Shown here piece after piece: positions 17,049 to 25,862 of a stretch of DNA of 64,000 nucleotides. Numbering within the stretch: position 1 is the first letter of the stretch; every line of letters starts with the position of its first letter. The position numbers and the translations under genes are program-made. A model generated the notes under the pieces. That model was not told the DNA's origin and did no database searches. It worked only from the letters and a program-made list of their open reading frames with translations. This DNA is from Candidatus Geothermarchaeota archaeon (GTDB taxonomy: Archaea; Thermoproteota; Nitrososphaeria; Geothermarchaeales; JDFR-13): positions 832 to 64,831 of the forward strand of contig WAKC01000050.1 in the NCBI GenBank assembly GCA_015523605.1, read 5' to 3'.

Positions 17049-17352
17049 TACGTTTCAATGCTTTATAGGCAGGTCTCCCCCATACCTCTAGATTTCTATC
17101 ATATTCGGTCGGTATACCCTCCTCCTCAGATACTATCTTCACAGGCCATAGTATATAGAAGTTCTTATCCTTTGACTTGTGGCTCAGAATCTTTGCTATT
17201 ACAAGCATATTCTCATCGAGTTGTCTAGTTAGAGGGGCTTTCTTATGGAAAATGCCTATAACCCCCTTCTTATCGTAGGTGACTACCTTTCCAACACTTG
17301 GTTTCCTAGATTTCTTCGTATATACGAGAACATACCTTGGCATGCTAATCAA
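17014..17352 (-). CDS. hypothetical basic protein
   Basis: 112-aa ORF (the likely start is the internal MPRYVLVY at 17343). It has a K/R-rich tail. No family recognised. Confidence 0.45.
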   Translation of the reverse strand: MISMPRYVLVYTKKSRKPSVGKVVTYDKKGVIGIFHKKAPLTRQLDENMLVIAKILSHKSKDKNFYILWPVKIVSEEEGIPTEYDRNLEVWGRPAYKALKRIKMKRREAHSK

Positions 17353-17411
17353 ATTATTTAGATGTCAATCTTTATACATATATAATCCTTATTAGTGATT
17401 TGGTGTAGGGT

Positions 17412-18875
17412 ATGGAGTATCTATTGAGACTTGGGGAGCTCACCCTCAAGTCTAGGAGGAGTAGAAAACGGTTTATGGATATCCTATTCAATAATATATA
17501 TGATGCTCTAGAATCGAATGGGATTAAAGATTATAGGATGATTGATCTATACGGCCGTGTATATTTAGAAGTGGATAGAGATGTTTCCGATATTCTTAGG
17601 AGGGTCTTCGGATTAGTAGGTGTGGTTGAAGTTGTCTCATACGAGTTTGACGACTTAGAAGATATTGCCTCGAAGGCCGAGGAGATATATAGAGACATTG
17701 TTAAGGGGCGTAGCTTCGGTGTCAAGACTAACCGTGTTGGTAACCATCCCTTTAAAAGTATTGATGTAAATAAGGTTGTGGGTGAACGTCTCCTAAAATA
17801 TGCTTCTAGGGTTGATCTATCGTCTCCCGATGTCTGGGTTAAGATAGAGGTGAGAGATGATAAAGTATATTACTATCTGAGGGAGTATCCGGGTTATGGC
17901 GGGCTTCCTATCGGTACTGAGGGTAAGGTTTTAGCCCTATTTTCAGGTGGGTATGACTCTCCCGTAGCTGCATGGCATATGCTGAGGAGGGGGGTCGAAG
18001 TAGATTTTATACATTTCCAGTTGGGGGGTGAGAGACATTTTAATAAAGTCTTGAGAGTTGCTGTTGAGCTTGCTAGGAACTGGTGTTATGGATATAAGCC
18101 TAAAATCTTTAAGGTAGACTTTAGACCGATAGCTAAGGCTATTAGGGAGAATGTGAGACAGGATTATAGGATCGTTATTCTTAAGAGGATGATGTATAGG
18201 GCGGCGTCGATCATTGCTGAGGAGATAGGGGCTGACGCCCTTGTTACTGGAGAGTCTATAGGCCAGGTCTCTAGCCAGACGCTAAGGAATCTCGTGGTTA
18301 CTGATATGGCGACTGAATACACTGTTTTTAGACCTTTGATTGGGTTTGATAAGGTTGAGATTATTGATGTCTCTCGTGAAATAGGGCTATATGAGTATTC
18401 AAAGATTGTTGAGGAGGTATGTGCATTGGTTGAGGAGAGGCCTGTGATTAACGCGGATCCAGAGATAGCTTCTCAGGAAGAGTCTAAACTTGATATGTCC
18501 CTTTTAACAGAGTCTCTATCCGATAGGGTTAAGTATGACCTTCGTATCATCAGGCCTGAACAGGTTCCCATGACGGATGAATATGCGGTTGAACCGAGTT
18601 CTATTCCAGAGGATGCAATCATTATAGACATTAGGGGGAGTTTCAGTTATATGTTGAACCATATCCCCGGCTCCATAAATATGACGGAGAAGGAGCTTCT
18701 GGATAAGGCTGATGAATTTGCTAGAGAAGGTAAAAAAGTGGTTGTGGTTTGCCCTGTGGGGTTGGATAGTGTGGAGATTGTTAAGGTGTTGAGGGAGAAG
18801 GGTGTTAAGGCTTACTATTTATCTGGTGGTTTCAAGGCATATCTAAAGTATAGGAAGAATATACAGAGAGGATAG
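17412..18875 (+). CDS. thiI: tRNA 4-thiouridine synthase / thiamine sulfur-transfer protein ThiI with C-terminal rhodanese domain
   Basis: The N-terminus is THUMP-like. The PP-loop LALFSGGYDSPVAAW is present. The C-terminal IIIDIRGSFSYMLNHIPGSINM...VVVVCPVGLDS is rhodanese-like with a Cys loop. Confidence 0.9.
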   Translation: MEYLLRLGELTLKSRRSRKRFMDILFNNIYDALESNGIKDYRMIDLYGRVYLEVDRDVSDILRRVFGLVGVVEVVSYEFDDLEDIASKAEEIYRDIVKGRSFGVKTNRVGNHPFKSIDVNKVVGERLLKYASRVDLSSPDVWVKIEVRDDKVYYYLREYPGYGGLPIGTEGKVLALFSGGYDSPVAAWHMLRRGVEVDFIHFQLGGERHFNKVLRVAVELARNWCYGYKPKIFKVDFRPIAKAIRENVRQDYRIVILKRMMYRAASIIAEEIGADALVTGESIGQVSSQTLRNLVVTDMATEYTVFRPLIGFDKVEIIDVSREIGLYEYSKIVEEVCALVEERPVINADPEIASQEESKLDMSLLTESLSDRVKYDLRIIRPEQVPMTDEYAVEPSSIPEDAIIIDIRGSFSYMLNHIPGSINMTEKELLDKADEFAREGKKVVVVCPVGLDSVEIVKVLREKGVKAYYLSGGFKAYLKYRKNIQRG

Positions 18876-19025
18876 GCCTTTATATGGTTTTTCTGATTTA
18901 AAACCGTGGATTCTATATCTTTACATGGTATATCCATAATGATTATGTATAGTCTATTTGTCTCGGAAATAATGTTATTATTTATATATCCAGGGTCTTC
19001 TTATTATATAACGGTGTTATAACAC

Positions 19026-19769
19026 ATGTTAGAGGTAAAGAATCTCCATGTAAACGTTGAGGATAAGGAGATCCTAAAAGGTGTAGATTTGAAGGTAGAC
19101 CTTGGAAAGCTTGTAGTCGTCATGGGTCCAAATGCAGGTGGAAAATCTACTCTTGCATATGCAATTATGGGTAGAGAAGGGTATGAAGTTACCGATGGCG
19201 ACATACTGTTTAATGGAGAGTCGATTCTGGAGCTGGATACCGATGAACGGGCAAGGCTTGGACTCTTCCTAGCTGTCCAGGAGCCGCCTCCCTTACCAGG
19301 AGTCAAGGGTTCGCTATTGATACCGGCGGTTATTAAGAGGCGTAGGAATCTCCCTATGGATAATAAGTTGATGGATATCAAGATTCTCAGGGAGGTCAGG
19401 CCTAAGCTCGACAGTGTAGGTCTAGATAGTAGTTATATGGGTCGTGAGGTTAACGTTGGATTCAGTGGTGGTGAGAAGAAGAGGTTTGAATTGTTCCAGG
19501 CACTGGCATATGATCCCAAGATTGTTATATTGGATGAGCCGGACTCGGGGCTTGATGTAGATGGTGTGAAGCTTGTGGCTAAGTTATTGGATGAGATGAG
19601 AAGTAATGGAAAAGGTGTTCTCCTCATAACCCATAATCCAAGGCTTTTACACTTTGTGGAGCCTGATGAGGTTAATGTTCTGATTGACGGTAGGATAGTT
19701 AAGAGGGGAGGGATGGAGGTCGCAGAGTTTGTGGAGAAACATGGATATGAAAAGGTTTTATCGGGGTGA
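19026..19769 (+). CDS. sufC: Fe-S cluster assembly ATPase SufC
   Basis: Walker A GPNAGGKST, signature FSGGEKKR and Walker B VILDEPDSGLD. Confidence 0.95.
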   Translation: MLEVKNLHVNVEDKEILKGVDLKVDLGKLVVVMGPNAGGKSTLAYAIMGREGYEVTDGDILFNGESILELDTDERARLGLFLAVQEPPPLPGVKGSLLIPAVIKRRRNLPMDNKLMDIKILREVRPKLDSVGLDSSYMGREVNVGFSGGEKKRFELFQALAYDPKIVILDEPDSGLDVDGVKLVAKLLDEMRSNGKGVLLITHNPRLLHFVEPDEVNVLIDGRIVKRGGMEVAEFVEKHGYEKVLSG

Positions 19770-19776
19770 TTAAGCC

Positions 19777-21198
19777 ATGACGATGCATAATCCAGATGAA
19801 CTTGTTAGGTATAAGACTCCCGAGGAGATTCTTGGATATGCTAAGGATTATCCAGCCGAGGTTGAGATTAGGGGTAGGCTTACTGAGAGTACGATTAGGG
19901 AGATATCCAAGGTTAAGAAGGAGCCTGAGTGGATGCTTAGACTTAGGCTTAAGAGTCTAGAACTTTTCAACAAGCTTCCAATGCCTAATTGGCTACAGGG
20001 TATTGAGATGCTGGATCTGGATACGATGTCCCATTATGTGAAGCCCGATATTGAGATGAGTAGTAGCTGGGAAGATATACCGAAGGATATTAGAGAGTAT
20101 TACGAGAAGATTGGTATCCCAGAGCTAGAGGCTAAGGTTTTACATGGACTTTCAGCCCAGTATGAGAGTGAGACTATCTATCATAAGATGAAGAAGAGTC
20201 TTGAGGATAAGGGTGTAGTAATGATTCCCATGGAGGAGGCTGTACACAAATACCCTGATGTTATTAGAAGGTATTTCCTTAGGATATTCCCTCCAAGCGA
20301 CCATAAGTTTGCCGCTCTACATGGAGCTCTATGGAGTGGTGGTGTATTCGTCTATGTACCTAAGGGTGTTAGGGTCGAGGCGCCTATAGAGGCGTTCTTC
20401 CTGATTGGTAGGGAGATGGAGAGCCAGTTTGAACATACCCTGTTGATTGCCGATGAGAATAGCTATATATACTTTATAGAGGGTTGTACCGCCCCTATGT
20501 TTAAGACATTCAGTTTCCATGATGGTATGGTCGAGCTCTATGCTCATAAAGGGGCTCATATAAGGTTCACAACCTTCCAGAACTGGAGTAAGCATGTCAT
20601 AAACTTCAATAATAAGAGGGCTATTGCAGAGGAGAATGCACGGGTAGACTGGGTCGAAGGGAGTATAGGTAGTATGTTAACATATGTATATCCATCCACG
20701 GTCCTGAGGGGTAGGAATAGCAGTAGCAGAAGTGTGGTCTTCACCCTCGCTAAAGGGCCTTATATCAAAGATAGTGGAAGTAAGATGTTCCATATAGGAG
20801 AGAATACCAAGAGTAGGATCGTCAATAAGACGATTAGTATGGATGGTGGGATAAACATCTATAGAGGTGTAATTAGGATTCCCTATGGCGCTAGGAACGC
20901 GACTGCCAATGTAGAGTGTGAATCCCTTATCCTTGATGATAAGAGCTTTGCATATACTTATCCACATAACCAGATTGAAGAGCCTACTGCATCTGTTTCT
21001 CATGAGGCTACAACACTTAGGCTTACCGAGGACCAGATATTCTATTTATTGAGTAGAGGTCTCGATGAGGATGATGCGAAGAATCTACTTATAATGGGCT
21101 TCTTAGATGAGCTCTTCATTGAGGTGCCTTTCGAAGTCGCAAATATATTGAAGAAGGTTCTTGAGATTGAGTTTGAAAAGTTGGGTGGAGTAGGATGA
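19777..21198 (+). CDS. sufB: Fe-S cluster assembly scaffold SufB
   Basis: 473 aa following sufC. It carries typical SufB blocks (FIEGCTAP, NWVEGSIGS-like VDWVEGSIGS, HEATT..L.EDQIFYL.SRG). Confidence 0.95.
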   Translation: MTMHNPDELVRYKTPEEILGYAKDYPAEVEIRGRLTESTIREISKVKKEPEWMLRLRLKSLELFNKLPMPNWLQGIEMLDLDTMSHYVKPDIEMSSSWEDIPKDIREYYEKIGIPELEAKVLHGLSAQYESETIYHKMKKSLEDKGVVMIPMEEAVHKYPDVIRRYFLRIFPPSDHKFAALHGALWSGGVFVYVPKGVRVEAPIEAFFLIGREMESQFEHTLLIADENSYIYFIEGCTAPMFKTFSFHDGMVELYAHKGAHIRFTTFQNWSKHVINFNNKRAIAEENARVDWVEGSIGSMLTYVYPSTVLRGRNSSSRSVVFTLAKGPYIKDSGSKMFHIGENTKSRIVNKTISMDGGINIYRGVIRIPYGARNATANVECESLILDDKSFAYTYPHNQIEEPTASVSHEATTLRLTEDQIFYLLSRGLDEDDAKNLLIMGFLDELFIEVPFEVANILKKVLEIEFEKLGGVG

Positions 21199-22322
21199 GC
21201 AGCCCATCACAGGTTCTAGAGAGGCTAAGGGATATTCCATTCCAGAAGATTAGGGATAGTCCAACAGTAAAATTCTATACTGACTGGAATGTATTTGAGT
21301 CGCTATTGGAGCTGGACTATGCTGAGGAATATAGTTGGGAGACGGATTTTATAAAGTTTGAGCCTGACGTTATAATGTTCTCGGATAGGGTTGAGATGGT
21401 TAGTGATAAGGTATCCGCAACTACATTGACAGGAGGGTTTAAAGAATACAGTGAGGTATATGGTAGGGGTGACGAGTTCATCAATAAGATGGAGGCTTAC
21501 CATAGGTTTAGGAATAATTACATCTTGAGACTCGACTTTGACGTTGACATCGACTCATATACAATAGTATCACCATCTCCAAAGGGTTATCTACCCAATC
21601 ATTTATTGATAGATGTCAAAGAGGATAGAAAGGTAACACTTAACCTGGTCGATCTAGGTCTAGAGGAGGGGTTGAAGACTCTCTTCCTCGAGGCTAATGT
21701 TGCAGACGGTGCTGAGCTAAAGATAAACTATATCTTTATCCATGGTATGGGAACCGCAGCCTACAATGAATTTATATCTAGCGTTGGCGGTTCCGCTGGT
21801 TTAGACTTCTTATTCCTCGGCTTCGGAGGTAGGATGACTCATATAAGGAGTAATGTTGATTTGGTAGGTAGGGAGAGTAGGGGATATACTTATGGAAGTC
21901 TGATAGCTAGGGGAGATACAAAGACTGATGTGATAACCAATGTAACACACCATGGAGACTATAGCGACAGTATATTATCCGTGAGAGGAGGTATTCTAGA
22001 GAAGGGATACTTGGTTCATAGAGGTGCTGCCAGGATATTAAACAAGTCTCATGAGGCAAGTACTGCTGTAAAGAGTTATTTAACAATTTTTGGTGAGAGG
22101 GGGACTGCCCACTCAATACCTATGTTGGAGGTTGATACCGGGATAGTCGCGGGTGCTAGCCACTCCACATCTGTAAGTAGGCTGGATGAATATAGAATCT
22201 TCTATTTGAAGAAGATGGGTCTATCAGAACCGGAGATTATTGATATGCTGTTGAGAGCATATGTAGAGTACTCCGGTGTTGCGGAAGTATTTGACGTAGA
22301 CTGGAGATCTCTCGTCAAATAG
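21195..22322 (+). CDS. sufD: Fe-S cluster assembly protein SufD
   Basis: 375 aa with a 4-nt overlap onto sufB. The C-terminal half is a SufB/D-family beta-helix (AHSTSVSRLDEYRIFYLKKMGL). Confidence 0.85.
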   Translation: MSSPSQVLERLRDIPFQKIRDSPTVKFYTDWNVFESLLELDYAEEYSWETDFIKFEPDVIMFSDRVEMVSDKVSATTLTGGFKEYSEVYGRGDEFINKMEAYHRFRNNYILRLDFDVDIDSYTIVSPSPKGYLPNHLLIDVKEDRKVTLNLVDLGLEEGLKTLFLEANVADGAELKINYIFIHGMGTAAYNEFISSVGGSAGLDFLFLGFGGRMTHIRSNVDLVGRESRGYTYGSLIARGDTKTDVITNVTHHGDYSDSILSVRGGILEKGYLVHRGAARILNKSHEASTAVKSYLTIFGERGTAHSIPMLEVDTGIVAGASHSTSVSRLDEYRIFYLKKMGLSEPEIIDMLLRAYVEYSGVAEVFDVDWRSLVK

Positions 22323-22385
22323 GTAGTACCCTCCACCACAAAATTTTTTATTCAATAAGTTAATTAATGTAGATCCTCCTATTTA

Positions 22386-23105
22386 TTGTCGGGATTAATG
22401 GTTCTATGTCGTAAGGGGGAGAGTAGAGAGGTCTACTATAGTAAGGAGAGATTTGAGATTCTGGATAGACTTAGAGATAAGTCTATCAGGATTATTGAAT
22501 GTATCTCCAAGGCTGGTATAAAGGGTTATGCACATGGTAGTGTGGCGCGTGGAGACGTTACTGAGGATAGTGATGTAGATATAGTAGTTCTAAATTATTT
22601 ATCCCCACCCCTCATCGAGAATCTACTCAGTAATTGTGGCTTTACAATCCATAAAACCGTTATTGTTCAGGCCACACCACAGTCTACACCCAAGGTCTAC
22701 TACTATTTAGATTATAAGGAAAAGACGGTCCTCAGCTATCCACTGTCTAAGCTGAAGGAGAAAGAGCTTTATTTCTATAGATTTGGTGGGATAGTAGATA
22801 TAAATGGTTTAAAGAGTGGGTTGAGGGTGAAGGGGGTAGATAAACGACTTATGCTAATCCATCCTACAGACTATGGCCATTTTGAAGAATGTATCCTGGA
22901 AAAGAGTGGGTATGTAGCTAGGATCTTGGATATCCCTGAATCAATTGTTAATGAGAGGATCTACATGCTTGGTAAGAGGGAGATCTATGGGAGGACAGGC
23001 GTATTTATAGAGTATGTTTTACATCCAGGGGAGGACATTGTAGAGGCAGTGAGAACTCTAGCATCTAGAAGTAGGTTTTTTAGAGAGTCTATTGATTTGG
23101 GTTAA
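22386..23105 (+). CDS. nucleotidyltransferase (Pol-beta superfamily) domain protein
   Basis: The motif GSVARGDVTEDSDVDIVV (G-S-x10-D-x-D) lies near the N-terminus. A ~150-aa unassigned C-terminal region follows. ATG 22398 is an alternative start. Confidence 0.7.
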   Translation: MSGLMVLCRKGESREVYYSKERFEILDRLRDKSIRIIECISKAGIKGYAHGSVARGDVTEDSDVDIVVLNYLSPPLIENLLSNCGFTIHKTVIVQATPQSTPKVYYYLDYKEKTVLSYPLSKLKEKELYFYRFGGIVDINGLKSGLRVKGVDKRLMLIHPTDYGHFEECILEKSGYVARILDIPESIVNERIYMLGKREIYGRTGVFIEYVLHPGEDIVEAVRTLASRSRFFRESIDLG

Positions 23106-23110
23106 ATGTT

Positions 23111-23130
23111 TTACATGTAATACATGTAAT
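23111..23130. promoter_or_regulatory. tandem palindromic repeat (candidate operator) abutting a TATA-like box
   Basis: TTACATGTAA (a perfect 10-bp palindrome) is followed by TACATGTAAT, so TACATGTAA occurs twice in tandem. TTTAAATA at 23133-23140 lies about 26-30 nt upstream of the GTG at 23166. Confidence 0.35.
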
Positions 23131-23165
23131 CATTTAAATACCTGATAGTCAAAATAATTCTTTGG

Positions 23166-23639
23166 GTGGAAGTCATGGATGAGGATAAGAAGGAGGTGGA
23201 TCAAGGTTCTAAAGATGATGGTAAGAAGACTATATCGATTAGGGGTGTGGATAAGAATTTGTATAATAAATTATCCGCTATAGCTAGGGAGGTTGATAAG
23301 ACTATTGGAGACCTTGTTAATGAGGCTATAGATTTATTTGTGAAGGTGACAGACGGGGTTACCGAGACTGTTTCAAAGGTGATTCATGAGCCTTATGTCA
23401 TCAAGAACTTGGATAGACTAGTTATATCCGGGAAAGAGTTGAACGAGTTGGATAGACCGGTAATGTTCCTAAATATTAAGGAGCTTATACTTGAGGATGT
23501 AGATGATTCGTCTTTAGACGCAATTGTTAAGATTATGAAGGTTGATAAGGTTGTTGTGAAGGGTTCTGTAAATAAGATTAAGTTTTATTCGAAATTGGAT
23601 AGAGTCTCAAACATTGAGATTCAGGATACTGGTTCATAG
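23166..23639 (+). CDS. putative ribbon-helix-helix (CopG/Arc-like) DNA-binding protein with unassigned C-terminal domain
   Basis: ISIRGVDKNLYNKLSAIAREVDKTIGDLVNEAIDLF fits a strand-helix-helix pattern. GTG 23166 would give a leaderless mRNA relative to the TATA box. ATG 23175 is an alternative start. Confidence 0.5.
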   Translation: MEVMDEDKKEVDQGSKDDGKKTISIRGVDKNLYNKLSAIAREVDKTIGDLVNEAIDLFVKVTDGVTETVSKVIHEPYVIKNLDRLVISGKELNELDRPVMFLNIKELILEDVDDSSLDAIVKIMKVDKVVVKGSVNKIKFYSKLDRVSNIEIQDTGS

Positions 23640-24745
23640 ACTATATCAAGCTTCTCAGCATATTTATATGCCTTTGATACCTCGTCTCTTGTTACTCTCC
23701 TACTTATTTCTCTAAACCTCTCATCATACCTTGCTTTATACTCTGGCCTATACTGGTCCATAATGTTGACTAGTACCCTGGGTGTGTTTATGGCGATCCA
23801 TTCGAGTATAGGGTATGTACAACATTCGACATGGTTCGGCATTATTAAATGTCTTATTATAATATCAGAACCATAGTCATATACGGTCTTAAGGTTTCTA
23901 GTTACTACTTGACGGTATCTCTTGATCCTGCTATATCTGAATGCATGGTCTTCATCCCACCATTTAAAGTCTGGGAGCCAGATATCGATAATATCTAATA
24001 GAAGGTCTAATGCCTGGGGTGTCATATACATGTTGCTGTTCCAGAGAAGTGGTATCCATGTATCCATATATCTAAGGCTCTCGATAACGTTATGGATATC
24101 TTGATCTGGGTTTCCACCTACATAGTTAATGTTCTTAGCCCCTCTCTCAGCTAACTCGATAGCTATCTCAGCCAGCTGCTTAGGTGTGACCTTTACGCCT
24201 GCGTCTGGATTCTGACTTATATCCCAGTTTTGGCAGAAGACACATTTCAAACTACATCCTGTGAAGAAAATTGTCCCGCTGGGTACTAATGGAGCCTCTT
24301 CACCGAAGTGTAGGAATGCGGATCCAACATATGAATACCTATCTAAGCCGCATACTCCACGTTTACCCTCGTACCTGTTTACATTACAGTTCCATTCACA
24401 TAATCCACAGCTCTTTATAATCTCATTGGCTATGTCGATCTTAAGGTCTAGAAAGCTATATTCAGGCTTGTCTAGGCCTGAGAGTGTCGTCCTTCCCTCT
24501 CTTATCTCATTATATAGCCTAAGAAAATCTCTCCTGGCTTTGTTATGTAGCTTAAATAGGTCTTCGATATTATTGTTGTCTGGCCTGTCGATGGTGATAT
24601 GCTTTGCTATTAAATATTTTGGAGGTTTTACCTTTTTCATAACTAGATAATACCATGAAAGCCGATCCACTACTTCCTTATCTCTCCATACGGTTGCAGC
24701 GTCCGGCCTCACTATAAATGTATATACGTCTATATCCATGTCCAA
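23621..24745 (-). CDS. radical SAM protein, PflX-like (pyruvate formate-lyase activase homolog family)
   Basis: FFTGCSLKCVFCQNWDIS contains the C-x3-C-x2-C motif in the PflX-type context. 374 aa. Confidence 0.8.
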   Translation of the reverse strand: MDMDIDVYTFIVRPDAATVWRDKEVVDRLSWYYLVMKKVKPPKYLIAKHITIDRPDNNNIEDLFKLHNKARRDFLRLYNEIREGRTTLSGLDKPEYSFLDLKIDIANEIIKSCGLCEWNCNVNRYEGKRGVCGLDRYSYVGSAFLHFGEEAPLVPSGTIFFTGCSLKCVFCQNWDISQNPDAGVKVTPKQLAEIAIELAERGAKNINYVGGNPDQDIHNVIESLRYMDTWIPLLWNSNMYMTPQALDLLLDIIDIWLPDFKWWDEDHAFRYSRIKRYRQVVTRNLKTVYDYGSDIIIRHLIMPNHVECCTYPILEWIAINTPRVLVNIMDQYRPEYKARYDERFREISRRVTRDEVSKAYKYAEKLDIVYEPVS

Positions 24746-24787
24746 AAATATTTTAGAGGGTGTAGATTTAAAGAAAATAGATTCTTA

Positions 24788-25372
24788 TTAGTCTAGATGT
24801 TTAGATACTATGTCAAATATTTCTTTATGTACCTCCTCCTCCGTCTTTGAGCCGTCTACAATATAGAAGTTGTTGAACTTCCTACTTAGAATCATGAAGT
24901 TCTCCCTGACTTTTGATAGGAATACTTTTCTCTCGAAGAAGGTCTTTGAATATCTATCTCCTAATCTCTTTAAAGCGGTCTCCGCCGGAAGGTCGAGGAG
25001 GATTGTGATATCCGGCTCTGGGAATACCGAGTTCATTTTCAACAGCCAGTCCATATCTAGATCTACCATGCCATATGCAATGCTTGAGAAGTAGTATCTA
25101 TCGCATATAACATCGTATCCAGCCTTTCTTCTTTCCTCGATCTCCTTAACATGTTCTGACCTATCGGCTGCGAAGAGTATCTGTAGAGTTCTATGGCTTA
25201 TCCTCAGTTTTGTGGTTAATGCGGCTCTTATAATACCTCCTATTATCCCGTCTGTAGGTTCTCTGGTTGCATATACCTTCCTACCCATCTTCCTAAGTCT
25301 GTGTTCTAGCATGAAGGTTTGTGTGGTTTTACCGGAACCATCTATACCCTCTAGAACTATGAATAGCGGCAT
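24788..25372 (-). CDS. tmk: thymidylate kinase
   Basis: FIVLEGIDGSGKTTQ P-loop, a DRY-type motif (CDRYYFSS), 194 aa. Confidence 0.9.
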   Translation of the reverse strand: MPLFIVLEGIDGSGKTTQTFMLEHRLRKMGRKVYATREPTDGIIGGIIRAALTTKLRISHRTLQILFAADRSEHVKEIEERRKAGYDVICDRYYFSSIAYGMVDLDMDWLLKMNSVFPEPDITILLDLPAETALKRLGDRYSKTFFERKVFLSKVRENFMILSRKFNNFYIVDGSKTEEEVHKEIFDIVSKHLD

Positions 25373-25504
25373 ACAAGAAGGTATTTCACGATAATCTATA
25401 TAAGTAGAGGGTCTTGGAGAACGGCGGTCTAAACCATTTTCAGAGGCTCTTCCTTAATATTGATTTAATATCTGTTAATACGATATTTTAGAAATATTTT
25501 TTTC

Positions 25505-25792
25505 ATGAAGGCATCAAAGAGTGTTACTATAAGCTCTAAGGGGAAGCCTGAGGTTAGAGTTTTGGGTGAACGGGGGAGATATTGTAGAGTGTATTATAGG
25601 GACTTGTCTACAGGGAGGGATATACCTAATAAATTCAAGATTTATCTGGAGAGTGGAGGAAGGATAGTGGGCTATCTATTTATTAAGTTGAAGGAGGAGG
25701 GTAAATATCTGGTGTTTGAGGATAGGAATGTTGATAAAGATTTATATGTATATAATCTGGAGAGTGATTCTGAAGAGCCTATGTTCCCATAG
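25505..25792 (+). CDS. hypothetical small protein
   Basis: 95-aa ORF in a spacer that is otherwise free of genes. No motif recognised. Confidence 0.4.
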   Translation: MKASKSVTISSKGKPEVRVLGERGRYCRVYYRDLSTGRDIPNKFKIYLESGGRIVGYLFIKLKEEGKYLVFEDRNVDKDLYVYNLESDSEEPMFP

Positions 25793-25862
25793 TGGTTTCA
25801 AAGAGTGTATTGATATTTTGATTTAATTGGTTCCTCCTCTACTCTATATAATTTGTGAGATT

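Noticed and set aside
25405-25450. Relatively G+C-rich patch (GAGGGTCTTGGAGAACGGCGGTCTAAACC...CAGAGGCTCTTCC) in the tmk upstream spacer
   Set aside because: I could not build a convincing hairpin, C/D or H/ACA motif, or tRNA-like fold by eye. It may simply be promoter or UTR sequence. It would need RNA-seq to revisit.
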